A stretch of DNA of 64,000 nt from Gemmatimonadota bacterium (lineage in GTDB: Bacteria; Gemmatimonadota; Gemmatimonadetes; Gemmatimonadales; GWC2-71-9), in contig JAZDCY010000068.1 in NCBI GenBank assembly GCA_036679645.1, positions 1 through 64,000 on the forward strand. Direction: 5' to 3'. This document shows positions 27,779 to 38,261 of the stretch, piece by piece. Below the pieces are notes generated by a model. The model had not been told where the DNA came from and did no database searches. It saw only the letters and a list, made by a program, of their open reading frames with translations. How positions within the stretch are numbered: the first letter of the stretch is position 1; the number at the start of each line of letters is the position of its first letter. The translations under genes were made by a program, and so were the position numbers.

Positions 27779-30502
27779 TCAGTTCTGCCGCTGATAAGTC
27801 GCGTCCAACTCCACCCGCATCGTCCCGGAGCCCATCGTCGCCGGGAGGCGAGTCGAGCTCGTCACAATGTGATGCGGTGCCGAATGCATGACATGAAGCG
27901 TACTCGTCCCCGCGGCGTCACCATCCAGCGGCCTCACCTCGACTACGAACGTTAGATGTGCCCCACTCCCGGTTTCGACCGTCTCCGTGCCGATGACGCT
28001 CAGTTGCATGGGCCGAGTCCGCTGCATCTCCGCGTCGAACGTGCGGAGGGTGGTCTCGTATCCGTCCCGGAGCGGAAGACCCGCAACGACGATGTCGAGT
28101 CCCGCGCCATCCGCGTAGACGGGAGCCGCGAGTGAAGCCTGTACGGACGTCATCTGGCCCATGGCGCCTACTTCACCCGCGACCTCCGAGTCGCTGTACC
28201 GTAGCTGGATCGTGGCCATGCCGCTCACCGCGCGGCGCAGCGGTCGCAGCGAGCCCCGGTCGATCTCGAGCGTATCGACCATGGCCCCCATGGGTGATTC
28301 CAAGACATCGATGACGCGCCACACCGGCTGACCATCGAGGGACGCCGCCTCGATCGTCCGGGTGACCGCCAGCCCGATCTCCTGGGCCCCGACCTCTATC
28401 GTGACGTCGTACTCCAGCGTACGCGGCTCGATGACCCCGCCGTCGGACGCCGGTAACGGCGCGGCAGCGGCCGCAGCGGCGACGCCGGCTTCGGGCAGCT
28501 CGAGCGTGTTGACGTCGACCGTGAGTTCGGCCAGCGTACGCGCAATGTCCTCCGGCATCTCCTCTTGAAACCGGCCGCCCAAGTGAGGCGCGAAGAAGCG
28601 CTCCATGGCAGCAGACACCGCGAGCCGATTCTCCCGTCCCGCAAACCCGTGGCCCTCGTCCTCAGCCAGCATGTATTCGACCGGCCGTCCCATGTCGCGC
28701 AGGGCTACCACAATTTGCTCGGACTCGAACTGGTTCACACGCGGATCGTTGGCTCCCTGGATGACGAGCAGCGGAGCACGGATCTGGTCGGCAGAGAACA
28801 GCGGTGATTGCTCTCTGAGCCGCGCGGCGTCCTCCGGATCGTTCTGATCGCCCAGCCGCTTGTCGAACAGCTTCTTGATCGGTGCCCAGTAGGGCGGGAT
28901 CGAGTTGAGCAGCGTGATGAGATTCGACGGCCCGACGTACGAGACGCCGGCGGCGTAGACATCAGGGGTGAACGCTAGGCCCGCAAGCGTGGCATACCCG
29001 CCGTACGAACCGCCAAAGATGCCGACTCGTGCGGAATCGGCAATTCCTTCCTCGATGAGATACCGCACACCGTCGGTGATGTCGTGCTGCATCGCGCCGG
29101 TGCCCCATTCCTCGTTTCCGGCGTTCAGGAAACGCTTCCCGTATCCGGTCGAACCGCGGAAGTTCGGCTGCAACACCGCGTAGCCACGATTGGCGAGGTA
29201 CTGAACGTAGGGATCGTAGCCCCACCTGTCGCGAGCCCAGGGACCGCCGTGCGGGAGCATTACCACCGGCAGGTTCCGTGGCTCGACCCCGTTTGGCAGG
29301 GTCAGGTACGCGGGGATCTCCAGTCCATCGCGCGCCGTGTAGCGAATCGGCTGCATGGGCGCGAGGTGTTCGCTCGGCAGCTCGGGACGGGAGCGATACA
29401 ATAGCTCCACGTCGCCGGTTTCCCTGTCGTAGAGGTAAGTCGATCCGGGGTCCACGTCGCGGGCGACGCGTACCAACACCAGGCGTTCGTCGGCGGTGGC
29501 GGAGCCGAGGGAGATCTCGCCCTCCGGCAGTTTCTCCCGGAGCAGCTCCAGGTCCCGAGCCGCTGCGTCGGTCTTGGGGTAAATGCGAACGCGATCGCCG
29601 ACGTAGATGGTCGCCTGTAGCTCATTCGTCACGTCGGAAAAGGCGGCGGCGCCAAAGTCCACTTCCTGTTCCGGATCGGATTCCACGAACGTCTCTTCTC
29701 CCGTCTCGGGATCGAACAGGATCAGCCGGCTCAGGTCTACGTCCGCTCCCTTATCGGTCGTCATGTAGACCTGGCGGCCGTTCTGGTGGAAGCGGATTGG
29801 GCCGCAGCTCTCTTCGTTGCTGCAGCCATAGACCTCCGTCAACGTGTCACCGTCTACGCGCAATACCTCCGTTCCGCCGTCCGAACCAATCCGTACCGCC
29901 ATGCGGATGGTGCCGTCGTTGTCCGTCACCCACCCCGCGACGTTCTCGTTGTTGCGGATGATCAATTCGCGCTCGCCCGTGTTGATGTCGATGCGATACA
30001 CGTCGTGCAGTTGCGGGTCGCGATCGTTCAGACCGACGATGATCTGTTCGGGGGTCGCTCTCGGTACTGCATAGATGAAGGCCCGAATGTCGTCGTACGG
30101 CGTGAGGTCGCGAGCGGGGGGCACTCCCGTGGCCGGAGCCGCAGAAGCGACGGGATCCACCGCGTAAACACGGTAGTTCTCGTTGCCACCAAGGTCCTGA
30201 ATGAACAGCACGTAGCGGGAGTCGTGCGTCCAGAAGTATCCGGTGACCGGGCGTGTCGAGTCGGCGGTGAGTGGGTGCGCGTCGTCAAAGGTCGCATCGA
30301 CCCGCTTCACCCAGATGTTCCTGACCCCGCGGTACGGTTTGATGAACGTAATGAACTGCCCGTTCGGTGAGATCTGCCCGCCGGAGACGGCCGGATCGCC
30401 AAAGAACAACTCGCGGTCCAGGAGCGGGGCCTCTTGGGCCAGTGCTGGGCCGGCGACAACAAGGAATCCGGCTACGACGAGCACACGAGCGCTGCGAATC
30501 AT
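27779..30502 (-). CDS. Secreted S9 family (prolyl oligopeptidase/acylaminoacyl) peptidase with a C-terminal extension
   Basis: Signal peptide, PHGGPW, NFRGSTGYG, GGSYGG, QGANDPRV, DEGHG. Confidence 0.95.
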   Translation of the reverse strand: MIRSARVLVVAGFLVVAGPALAQEAPLLDRELFFGDPAVSGGQISPNGQFITFIKPYRGVRNIWVKRVDATFDDAHPLTADSTRPVTGYFWTHDSRYVLFIQDLGGNENYRVYAVDPVASAAPATGVPPARDLTPYDDIRAFIYAVPRATPEQIIVGLNDRDPQLHDVYRIDINTGERELIIRNNENVAGWVTDNDGTIRMAVRIGSDGGTEVLRVDGDTLTEVYGCSNEESCGPIRFHQNGRQVYMTTDKGADVDLSRLILFDPETGEETFVESDPEQEVDFGAAAFSDVTNELQATIYVGDRVRIYPKTDAAARDLELLREKLPEGEISLGSATADERLVLVRVARDVDPGSTYLYDRETGDVELLYRSRPELPSEHLAPMQPIRYTARDGLEIPAYLTLPNGVEPRNLPVVMLPHGGPWARDRWGYDPYVQYLANRGYAVLQPNFRGSTGYGKRFLNAGNEEWGTGAMQHDITDGVRYLIEEGIADSARVGIFGGSYGGYATLAGLAFTPDVYAAGVSYVGPSNLITLLNSIPPYWAPIKKLFDKRLGDQNDPEDAARLREQSPLFSADQIRAPLLVIQGANDPRVNQFESEQIVVALRDMGRPVEYMLAEDEGHGFAGRENRLAVSAAMERFFAPHLGGRFQEEMPEDIARTLAELTVDVNTLELPEAGVAAAAAAAPLPASDGGVIEPRTLEYDVTIEVGAQEIGLAVTRTIEAASLDGQPVWRVIDVLESPMGAMVDTLEIDRGSLRPLRRAVSGMATIQLRYSDSEVAGEVGAMGQMTSVQASLAAPVYADGAGLDIVVAGLPLRDGYETTLRTFDAEMQRTRPMQLSVIGTETVETGSGAHLTFVVEVRPLDGDAAGTSTLHVMHSAPHHIVTSSTRLPATMGSGTMRVELDATYQRQN

Positions 30503-30611
30503 GGTGGCCTCGGGTATGGGAGGTACTATTGAAAGAAACTGTGCACGACAGTCCAACGCTAGGAGGCGGGCGGGCGCGGGTCGAGGACTGTTTCCGCCGG
30601 GACGCCGGCCG

Positions 30612-32477
30612 CTACCACGCTATGCCGTAGTCCTCGCCGTACTGGCTGGCTCCACCCCACATACTGCCGTGCTCGGTATCGAAGTAGATCGCCGTGATGG
30701 GACCCGACGTCAGCGCGCGGATCGTGAGGTCGTACCCCATGTCTCGCAGCTCCCTGCGTACCCACGGCGGCACCGACTCGTGGAGCAGCAGCCGACCGGG
30801 CGTCGATTCGTGTTGCCCGAACGACCCACGCAGCTGAAAGCTGTTGATGTTAGCCGCTTCCACCGCTTGCTGGACGTTCATACCGAACTCGACGACGTTT
30901 AGGAAGAACTGCAGCAGATTCTGATCCTGTGAGTCCCCTCCCTGCACCGCAAACGACAGGTAAGGTCTGCCGTCCTTGAGCGCGAGACTGGGGGTTAGGG
31001 TCGCACGCGGTCGCTTGCCGGGCGCCACGACGTTGTACGGATTCTCCGCGGGATCGAGCACGAAGCTCTGCGCGCGCTGGCTCATCCCGACCCCGGTCCG
31101 TCCGGCGATCACCGCGGGAATCCAACCGCCGCTCGGCGTGATCGACACGACCCACCCTTCTTCATCGGCCGCCTGGATCGACGTCGTGCCCAGATAGAAA
31201 TCGGCTTCTCGTTGCCGTAGCGCTTCCTGACTCGACGCCTCGGGCGCCGAGACGGGCGCGGACCGCCAGTCGCGCAGGTAGTGTAGGTACGGATTCTCGC
31301 CGCCCTGGAACGGATACGGATCGCCGGGCCTGACGTTGGGATCGTTGCGCGCCCAGTCGATCTCCGCTGCGCGGCTTCGGGCGTATTCCTTAGAGAGGAG
31401 ACCCTCGATGGGCTCTTCCGGCGGCGTGTAAGGATCGCCGTAGTAGAAGTCGCGATCCGCGAAGGCCAGGTTCATGGTCTGGTACAGCGCGTGAATGTAC
31501 CGGGAGCTGTTGTATCCCATTTCCTGCAGGTCGAAGTGCTCGAGAATGTTCAGCGCCTGAAGCATCACGGGACCCTGCACCCACGTCGTGAGCTTGTAGA
31601 CCTCGATCCCCTTGTAGGTGGTCATCACCGGTTCTTCGAGGTAGACCTGCCAGTTGTCGAGGTCCTCCATGGTGATTTGACCGCCCTGCTCTTGCGAGCC
31701 GCGCACGAATTCCTCGGCGATGTCTCCCCGGTAAAACCGATCGTACGCCGCGTGGATCGCTTCCTTGCGGCTCCTGCCCGCGGCCAGCGCTTCTTGCTCC
31801 GCCTCGACCAACATGCGAAGCGTTCGAGCAAGATCGGCCTGCCGGAAGATCTCGCCGGCGTCCGGCGCCTCGCGATCTTCACCCTGATGGACAAGAAAGA
31901 CGTCGCGCGAGTACGGCCACCGGCTGATCCGCTCCCGCGCGCGCTCGATGGAGTTGGCCGTCTGGGCCTCGATTGCGTACCCGTCCGCCATCTGAATAGC
32001 CGGCGCCAGCACCTCCCCGAGGCTCAGCGTGCCGAACTCTGCCAGCATGACCATCAGTCCGCCGGGGGTCCCCGGTGTCACGGCCGCTTGCGCGCCGTAC
32101 TGCGGTGGGTACCCAAGATTCTGCTCCCGAAAGAACGCCGGTGTCGCCCCGGTCGGCGCCACGCCCAGCGCGTTCACGCCAATGACCTTGCCTGTATTCG
32201 GGTTGTAGATCAGCGCCTGGGTCTCACCACCCCAGCTCAGGACATCCCACATCGTGGCGGTGGCACCCAGCATCGCAACCGCGGCATCGACCGCGTTTCC
32301 ACCCTGCGCGAACATCATCGCGCCCGCCGTGGCGGCGAGCGGTTTACCCGTGATCGCGACCCAGTGGCGACCGTGGAGCACCGGCTTGACCGTGCGCTGC
32401 GCGACAGCCTCGGAGGGCGTACTGAGCGAGAGGACGGTCAGCACCGTCCCGCAAAGAGGCAACGTTCGAGTTCGCAT
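30612..32477 (-). CDS. ggt: Gamma-glutamyltransferase family protein
   Basis: GGNAVDAA, DRFYRGDIA, LAFADRD, GTTS nucleophile, PGKRPRATL, QGGD.Q.Q. Confidence 0.9.
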   Translation of the reverse strand: MRTRTLPLCGTVLTVLSLSTPSEAVAQRTVKPVLHGRHWVAITGKPLAATAGAMMFAQGGNAVDAAVAMLGATATMWDVLSWGGETQALIYNPNTGKVIGVNALGVAPTGATPAFFREQNLGYPPQYGAQAAVTPGTPGGLMVMLAEFGTLSLGEVLAPAIQMADGYAIEAQTANSIERARERISRWPYSRDVFLVHQGEDREAPDAGEIFRQADLARTLRMLVEAEQEALAAGRSRKEAIHAAYDRFYRGDIAEEFVRGSQEQGGQITMEDLDNWQVYLEEPVMTTYKGIEVYKLTTWVQGPVMLQALNILEHFDLQEMGYNSSRYIHALYQTMNLAFADRDFYYGDPYTPPEEPIEGLLSKEYARSRAAEIDWARNDPNVRPGDPYPFQGGENPYLHYLRDWRSAPVSAPEASSQEALRQREADFYLGTTSIQAADEEGWVVSITPSGGWIPAVIAGRTGVGMSQRAQSFVLDPAENPYNVVAPGKRPRATLTPSLALKDGRPYLSFAVQGGDSQDQNLLQFFLNVVEFGMNVQQAVEAANINSFQLRGSFGQHESTPGRLLLHESVPPWVRRELRDMGYDLTIRALTSGPITAIYFDTEHGSMWGGASQYGEDYGIAW

Positions 32478-32649
32478 GATTCCTCCAGAGGGGAGACTGT
32501 GCCAGCCGGAACAAGATACCTCGACAGGGCCCCTCCGTGTTTCGTCGTGCCTCGGTAGTCTGACGCTCCTTGCGGCCAGAGGGGCGCCGACTAGACTCCA
32601 CTCTGCGAGTGAACATCACGTAGCCATTTCCGAATGAGAGGCAGCGCGT

Positions 32650-33657
32650 ATGAAGTCACAAGGCTCTCCCCTGGACGGCCTCAACCGGTTGCGGCCGCCG
32701 AACATGCCGCCGCCGCGAGCCATCGCTCTGGGATTGATGGTTCTGCTGGCCGTCATGCTGGTCTGGAGTTCGGTGTTCATGGTGCAGACCGAAGAGGCCG
32801 GTGTCGTACTGACATTTGGCAGGTACACGCGCCTGGCCGACCCGGGGCTCCGTGTCAAGTTGCCATGGCCGTTTCAGACCGTGATGAACGTGCCCGTTCA
32901 GCGCCAGCTCAAGGCGGAATTCGGGTTCCGCACGGCCAGCGCGGGCGTGCGCTCCGAGTATTCCCGGCGCAGCTTCGACGACGAATCGCAGATGCTCACG
33001 GGAGATCTCAACGTCGCGGTAGTCGAATGGACGACGCAGTTCCGAATCAACGATCCTTACAAGTACCTGTTCAAGGTCAGGAACCTCTTCGACCCGAGTG
33101 GGGAAGCCCGCCTGGACACGTTTCGGGCCATGAACGAGGCGGTGATGCGGGCGGTGATCGGTGACCGGAGCGTCAACGAGGTTCTCACCGTCGGCCGGCA
33201 GGAGATCGCGTCGGAGGTGGAGCGACGCCTGCAGATACTCTGTGACCAGTACGAGACCGGCATCAAGATAGAGCAGATCGTGCTTCAGGACGTCAACCCG
33301 CCCGATCAGGTCCGGCCGGCATTCAACGAGGTCAACCAGGCCCAGCAGGAGAAGGAGCGGATGATCAACGAGGCAAGGGCCGCTTACAACACGGTTATTC
33401 CGCGGGCCGGCGGCGAGGCGCAGCAGACGATCCAGCAGGCCGAGGGGTACGCGGTCGATCGTGTGAACCGCGCGCGGGGTGACGCCGAACTGTTCAGGGT
33501 GCTGCTGGCGGCCTATCGCAGAGCACCGGAGGTGACGCGCAGGCGCATCTATCTCGAGACGATGGAGGCTGTGTACCCGAACGTGCAGCAGAAGATCATA
33601 CTGGACGCGGCTCTTCAGAGCATCCTGCCGTTGCTGCCACTAACCGGCGGGAGGTGA
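32650..33657 (+). CDS. hflK: FtsH protease modulator HflK
   Basis: SPFH domain, MLTGDLN, VNPP..V..AFNEV..A.QE, APEVTRRRIYLETM. Confidence 0.93.
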   Translation: MKSQGSPLDGLNRLRPPNMPPPRAIALGLMVLLAVMLVWSSVFMVQTEEAGVVLTFGRYTRLADPGLRVKLPWPFQTVMNVPVQRQLKAEFGFRTASAGVRSEYSRRSFDDESQMLTGDLNVAVVEWTTQFRINDPYKYLFKVRNLFDPSGEARLDTFRAMNEAVMRAVIGDRSVNEVLTVGRQEIASEVERRLQILCDQYETGIKIEQIVLQDVNPPDQVRPAFNEVNQAQQEKERMINEARAAYNTVIPRAGGEAQQTIQQAEGYAVDRVNRARGDAELFRVLLAAYRRAPEVTRRRIYLETMEAVYPNVQQKIILDAALQSILPLLPLTGGR

Positions 33658-33661
33658 AGCC

Positions 33662-34603
33662 ATGAAGACGAATGCCCGTATCATTGTTTTCGGTAGCCTG
33701 GCGCTGGGGGGCGTGACGATCGCCGGCGGAGGCTTGTTCATCGTCGACGAGACGCAGCAAGTGGTGATTACCCAGTTCGGCGATCCGAAAGGCGATCCGA
33801 TCACCACCCCGGGACTGAAGTTCAAGATCCCCTTCATTAGGCACGCCAACTATTTTGACCGTCGCTTCCTGGAATGGGACGGCGACCCGAATGAGGTGCC
33901 GACCCGGGACAAGCGGTTCATCCATGTCGACACCTATGCCCGTTGGCGGATCACCGATCCACTGCTGTACTTCCAGCGACTGCGCAGCGAGCAGGGGGCA
34001 CAGTCCCGGCTCGACGACATCCTCGATGGCGAAACCCGCAACGTGATCGCCAGTCATGACCTGATCGAGGTGGTGCGCAGCACCAACCGCGAGTTCGTCG
34101 TCTCCGAAGAGATCGGCGGCGGAGCCACGGGCGTGAGTGCGGATTCGATCGAGTTCGGCAGAGGACAGCTCGCCGAGGAGGTGCTGCAGGCCGCGCGGAC
34201 CCGCACGGAGGATCTGGGAATCGAGATCCTCGACTTCCGCTTCAAGCGGCTCAACTACGTCGAGCAGGTCCGACAGGAGGTCTATGCTCGGATGATCTCC
34301 GAGCGTCAGCGGATCGCCGAGCAGTTTCGCTCTGAGGGCGCCGGCGAATCGGCCCGGATCAACGGCGGGCGGGAGCGGGAGCTCAAGGAGATCACGTCGG
34401 AGGCCTATCGCCGCTCGCAGGAGATCAAGGGGCGGGCCGACGCGGCGGCGGCGGACATCTACGCGGCGGCCTACAACCGCGATGCGGAGTTCTACCGTTT
34501 CCTCAAGACCATGGAGGTCCTGAGGTCGACGCTCGACTCGACCACGGTGCTGGTGCTGAGCACCGACAGCGACCTGCTGCGTTATCTCGGCCGGGCCAGA
34601 TAA
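33662..34603 (+). CDS. hflC: FtsH protease modulator HflC
   Basis: QFGDP...PGLKFKIPF, RWRITDP, RMISERQRIA..FRSEG, EFYRF. Confidence 0.93.
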   Translation: MKTNARIIVFGSLALGGVTIAGGGLFIVDETQQVVITQFGDPKGDPITTPGLKFKIPFIRHANYFDRRFLEWDGDPNEVPTRDKRFIHVDTYARWRITDPLLYFQRLRSEQGAQSRLDDILDGETRNVIASHDLIEVVRSTNREFVVSEEIGGGATGVSADSIEFGRGQLAEEVLQAARTRTEDLGIEILDFRFKRLNYVEQVRQEVYARMISERQRIAEQFRSEGAGESARINGGRERELKEITSEAYRRSQEIKGRADAAAADIYAAAYNRDAEFYRFLKTMEVLRSTLDSTTVLVLSTDSDLLRYLGRAR

Positions 34604-34621
34604 AGGCAGGCGAACCGGGCG

Positions 34622-34665
34622 CAAAGGGGTGGCAGCGAGCCGATCGGTCCGTTGCTACCCCTTTG
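34622..34665. terminator. Long hairpin after hflC
   Basis: CAAAGGGGTGGCAGCG...CGTTGCTACCCCTTTG. Confidence 0.6.
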
Positions 34666-34728
34666 GCCGAAGGAGTCCTGCAAACTCACCGAGGAGCGCG
34701 GCCGGGAGCTTCGGAGTCGGAGACCAAC

Positions 34729-36060
34729 ATGAACGATCACAAGCTCAGGGTCTATCACTCGATACTGGGACTCCTGTCGGGTGAGGACAACCCAACGCCA
34801 ATAGTGCGGTTGAACCGGGTGATTCCGTTCAAGCACACCCAGGTGTACGCCAAGCTCGAATGGTACAACCCGTTCGGCGCGGTCAAGGATCGCATCGCGG
34901 CCAATCTCGTCGAGGACGCCGAAAGGCGCGGGCTCCTAAGCTCTGATCAAAAACTCGTGGAGCCAACATCGGGCAACACCGGAATGGCGCTCGCGATGAT
35001 CGCCAACGCTAAAGGGTATTCGTTGCGCACGCCGCTTTCGGTGATGATCCCTCTGGAGAAACGCACCGTCCTGCGCTTCTTCGGGTCCGACGTCATTGAG
35101 TTACAGGACACCCTCTGCCCGGCCCCAGGCGCACCGGAGGGCGCGATCGCGCTGGCCATGGAGACCGCCGAGCAGCCCGACTTCCATATGCTCAACCAAT
35201 ATGAAAACGAGGCCAATCCTGAGGCCCACTACAAGACAACCGGACCAGAAATATGGAAGCAGACTGCAGGCAAGGTCACGCACTTCGTCGCCGGTCTGGG
35301 GACATGCGGGACCATCACCGGTACAGGACGTTTCCTCAAGGAGAAGGACGAGACGATTCAGGTGCTGGGCGTACACCCAGAGGAAGGCCACGACATCCCC
35401 GGAGTTCGCAGCATCCGTCAACTGCAGCAGACCAAGCTGTATCGCCCGGAGCTATACGACCGCACCGTGGAGGTGACGAATCAGGAAGCATTCGACCTGT
35501 GCCTGCGCATCAATCGCGAGGAGAGCATCACCGCAGGCCCCAGCTCGGGTATGGCGCTGGCCGGCGCTTTCAAAATGGTTCCTGACGAGCCGAACAACAT
35601 CGTGGTAGTCGTTTTTCCGGACAGTGCCTTCAAGTATGCCTCCTCTTTCGCCAAGCACTTACCCCAGGTTCGCTCTCAGAACCCCGAGATGAGCCTCGAA
35701 GAGAGACTGATGAAAGGCATGGTCAAGCAGGCTCGTAACGAGCACCTGACCATCGAGCCTGAGGATGCTGTTGAAGCCATGGAGAACGAAGAGCCTCTTG
35801 TCATCGACGTGCGCAGTTTCGATTCATACCGGAAGGCGCGGGTGCCCGGTGCCATGAGCGTACCGATCGGGGACATTGAAGATCATGTGCAGCATTTTCC
35901 AGCCGACCACGGCGCCCCGATTATCACGGTCTGCGACCGCGGTAATCTTTCGCTCTTGGGAGTGCTCTATCTCGTCTCACTCGGCTACAAGAACGCGAAG
36001 AGCCTCAACGGGGGCACGTTGGGATGGATCGACAAGGGTTACCCTGTCGAGTCCGGTTGA
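34729..36060 (+). CDS. PLP-dependent cysteine synthase-family protein fused to a C-terminal rhodanese domain
   Basis: KLEWYNPFGAVKDR (PLP Lys), EPTSGNTG, GLGTCGT, GPSSG; C-terminal IDVR...Y...VPGA, VCDRGNLS, LNGG..GW. Confidence 0.9.
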   Translation: MNDHKLRVYHSILGLLSGEDNPTPIVRLNRVIPFKHTQVYAKLEWYNPFGAVKDRIAANLVEDAERRGLLSSDQKLVEPTSGNTGMALAMIANAKGYSLRTPLSVMIPLEKRTVLRFFGSDVIELQDTLCPAPGAPEGAIALAMETAEQPDFHMLNQYENEANPEAHYKTTGPEIWKQTAGKVTHFVAGLGTCGTITGTGRFLKEKDETIQVLGVHPEEGHDIPGVRSIRQLQQTKLYRPELYDRTVEVTNQEAFDLCLRINREESITAGPSSGMALAGAFKMVPDEPNNIVVVVFPDSAFKYASSFAKHLPQVRSQNPEMSLEERLMKGMVKQARNEHLTIEPEDAVEAMENEEPLVIDVRSFDSYRKARVPGAMSVPIGDIEDHVQHFPADHGAPIITVCDRGNLSLLGVLYLVSLGYKNAKSLNGGTLGWIDKGYPVESG

Positions 36061-36097
36061 TGGGCGCTCGTCCCGTGATCTGAGGGGGGAAATACTG

Positions 36098-36132
36098 GAT
36101 GGGCCGCCCGATACAGGATCGGGCGGCCCATC
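36098..36132. terminator. Hairpin between convergent genes
   Basis: GATGGGCCGCCCGAT-ACAGG-ATCGGGCGGCCCATC perfect 15-bp stem. Confidence 0.75.
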
Positions 36133-36153
36133 AGTTCAGGTCACTCGAGTCGG

Positions 36154-36366
36154 CTACGCGCCGATAGCGACCACGTTCTCCGCCGCCGGGCCTTTCTGAC
36201 CCTGGACCTTGTCAAACTCAACCTGCTCGCCTTCGCGGAGTGACTTGAAGCCTTCTCCCTGAATGGCGGTGTGGTGGACGAAGCAGTCCGGGCTACCATC
36301 CTCGGGCGTGACAAAGCCAAAGCCCTTGCCGTCGTTGAACCACTTCACCGTTCCTTTGGTACGCAT
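36154..36366 (-). CDS. cspA: Cold-shock protein
   Basis: [14 protein letters not shown] (RNP1), CFVHHTAI (RNP2), [19 protein letters not shown]. Confidence 0.95.
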   Translation of the reverse strand: MRTKGTVKWFNDGKGFGFVTPEDGSPDCFVHHTAIQGEGFKSLREGEQVEFDKVQGQKGPAAENVVAIGA

Positions 36367-36486
36367 TACGTACTCCCTTATGTTCTGTGGCCGGGGGTGC
36401 GGGTAATGCCGTACCAACCGACTACACGTCCGCGGAATATCGCCCCCGCGTTGGGCTGCCGCGCAACCGTGCGCGACGTGAACCTC

Positions 36487-36616
36487 AAAAAAAACAGGGG
36501 ATCCGATTACGTTCGGGTCCCCCGTCGACGTTCGAATATGGTCAGCCCCCAGCACCGGGGACCTTTTCATCAATCTCAACCACAAGAACCATAACCAGCC
36601 CCGGACGCTCAGTCAA
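36487..36616 (-). promoter_or_regulatory. Promoter plus a leader with terminator and a competing antiterminator upstream of cspA
   Basis: TTGACT-N17-TATGGT (36616-36588). Terminator GGGGACCCG..CGGATCCCCTG-T8 (36522-36487). Upstream GGTCCCCG (36563-36556) is complementary to the terminator 5' arm. Confidence 0.6.
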
Positions 36617-36631
36617 CCGTGGTCTTGACAA

Positions 36632-38089
36632 TCAGCGACTTCGCCCTCCCCCCTGCGTTCCATTACCTGCTTGCCGGTATCGCAGCGACTCTTGGCTCTG
36701 GAGGACCCCAGCACGCATGACCTGGACGAGGCTACGGAAAGCCCTGACGTCCTCGAGCGGGTTCTCTCTCAGCACGATGAGGTCGGCGATCTTCCCCGCC
36801 TCCAACGTTCCGAAGTCTCCCAATCGGCCCATCGCATCCGCGCCATTGTGCGTCGCAGCAAAGATGACGTAGCTGGGAGAGAGTCCCGCTGTCTGCATGG
36901 CCTCCAGCTCATTGTAGATCGACGGTCCGTGCAGCGTCATCGGGTTGCCGGCATCGGTGGCCGCCGCCACCGTGAGGCCTGCACCGTGGACGCGACGCAG
37001 GTTTTCGGACATGACCCACAGCCGCTCGCCGCTCCGCTCCATGCTCTGATACACGACCTCTGGCGATCGCATTCGCGCAGGGAGATATGATTGCAGCGCT
37101 TCGGTCGCCTCGATCTTTTCAACCGTATTGGAATCCACGCATCCGTTTGGATCGTCGATGCTCAGCGGCTCGTTCAAGATTACCGACGACACCGCGCGAC
37201 TCCAGTTTCCGCCCACCACGAGCGTCGGCGCGTAAAAGGCATCGTTGGCGGCCATGAGCCTCAAGAACTCGTCGTCTACCAGCGTGTCCTGCACGCTGTG
37301 TACCAGGAGCTTCGCCCCCGCTCGTAACGCCACCTTCGCCTCGCGCAGACTCGTGGCGTGGACGATCAGGTCGAGGCCCGCCGCGCGTGCCGCCGCGCCG
37401 ATCTCCATCACGCGAGCGTCGAGCTGTTCGCGCTGCGCCGGTTGCGGTGCCAGGTACCACACCTTCGCCGCCGTAGATCCCATCGCGACCAGTGCGACGA
37501 CGCTGCTCTGTACCTCCGCGGAGGTCGACATGGGAAGGAACGTGTAGATCTCGTCGTCGAGGTTGAGAGACGGCACGGACGCATGCGTGATCAACGGGCC
37601 GGCGGCCCGCACGTGCGGAGCGCTGGGATCGTGCTCGGCTCGTGCCGGTAACGCCGTGGTCCACGGATGTCCACCGACATCGTACACGGCCGTGATGCCG
37701 GAGCACAGGTACGACCGGAACCAACGTTGCGGGTTGGCGCGAGCGGCCCTAGCGGTCTCTTCGTATGGGTACAGATTTGGCGCGGAGATTCCGTCGGGGC
37801 GTCCGTCGTGCCACCCCGTTTGGCTGAAGTGCACGTGAGCGTCGACGAGCCCCGGTGTGACGAACCGACCCGATACGTCGATGCGTTCCGCGCCGGCTGG
37901 GACGGGACATGCCTCGACACTGCCGACGCATGTCAAACGATCCCCGTCGATCAGGACGACGGCCCGTTCGATAGGCGGACCGCCGGTTCCGTCGATGACC
38001 GTTCCGCCAATCAGAGCCTTGGTCTGGGCACCGGCCTCGGCGCCGATCGTAAGACAAGCGAGCGCCAGCGCAACGTTCGACCGTGTCAT
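36632..38089 (-). CDS. Secreted amidohydrolase family protein
   Basis: Signal peptide, PGLVDAHVH, VHA, HS, ATDAG, GTLEAGKIADL. Confidence 0.92.
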   Translation of the reverse strand: MTRSNVALALACLTIGAEAGAQTKALIGGTVIDGTGGPPIERAVVLIDGDRLTCVGSVEACPVPAGAERIDVSGRFVTPGLVDAHVHFSQTGWHDGRPDGISAPNLYPYEETARAARANPQRWFRSYLCSGITAVYDVGGHPWTTALPARAEHDPSAPHVRAAGPLITHASVPSLNLDDEIYTFLPMSTSAEVQSSVVALVAMGSTAAKVWYLAPQPAQREQLDARVMEIGAAARAAGLDLIVHATSLREAKVALRAGAKLLVHSVQDTLVDDEFLRLMAANDAFYAPTLVVGGNWSRAVSSVILNEPLSIDDPNGCVDSNTVEKIEATEALQSYLPARMRSPEVVYQSMERSGERLWVMSENLRRVHGAGLTVAAATDAGNPMTLHGPSIYNELEAMQTAGLSPSYVIFAATHNGADAMGRLGDFGTLEAGKIADLIVLRENPLEDVRAFRSLVQVMRAGVLQSQESLRYRQAGNGTQGGGRSR

Positions 38090-38261
38090 GAATGTCCTCT
38101 TCCTCGATTGACTGCTCCGTACCATGTCACTCGGCCCATAGGTCGGTACACCATGTCTATTTACCGATCCGCACTCGTCCGTGCGCGCGGCTGCGGGCGA
38201 ATATGTACCTCCCGCCGAGTAACCGTCAAACCGGGCACCGCCAGACGCCTACCACAGCCGC

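Noticed and set aside
34604..34720. Riboswitch upstream of the cysteine synthase
   Set aside because: Only a simple long hairpin; no recognisable SAM or c-di-GMP consensus.
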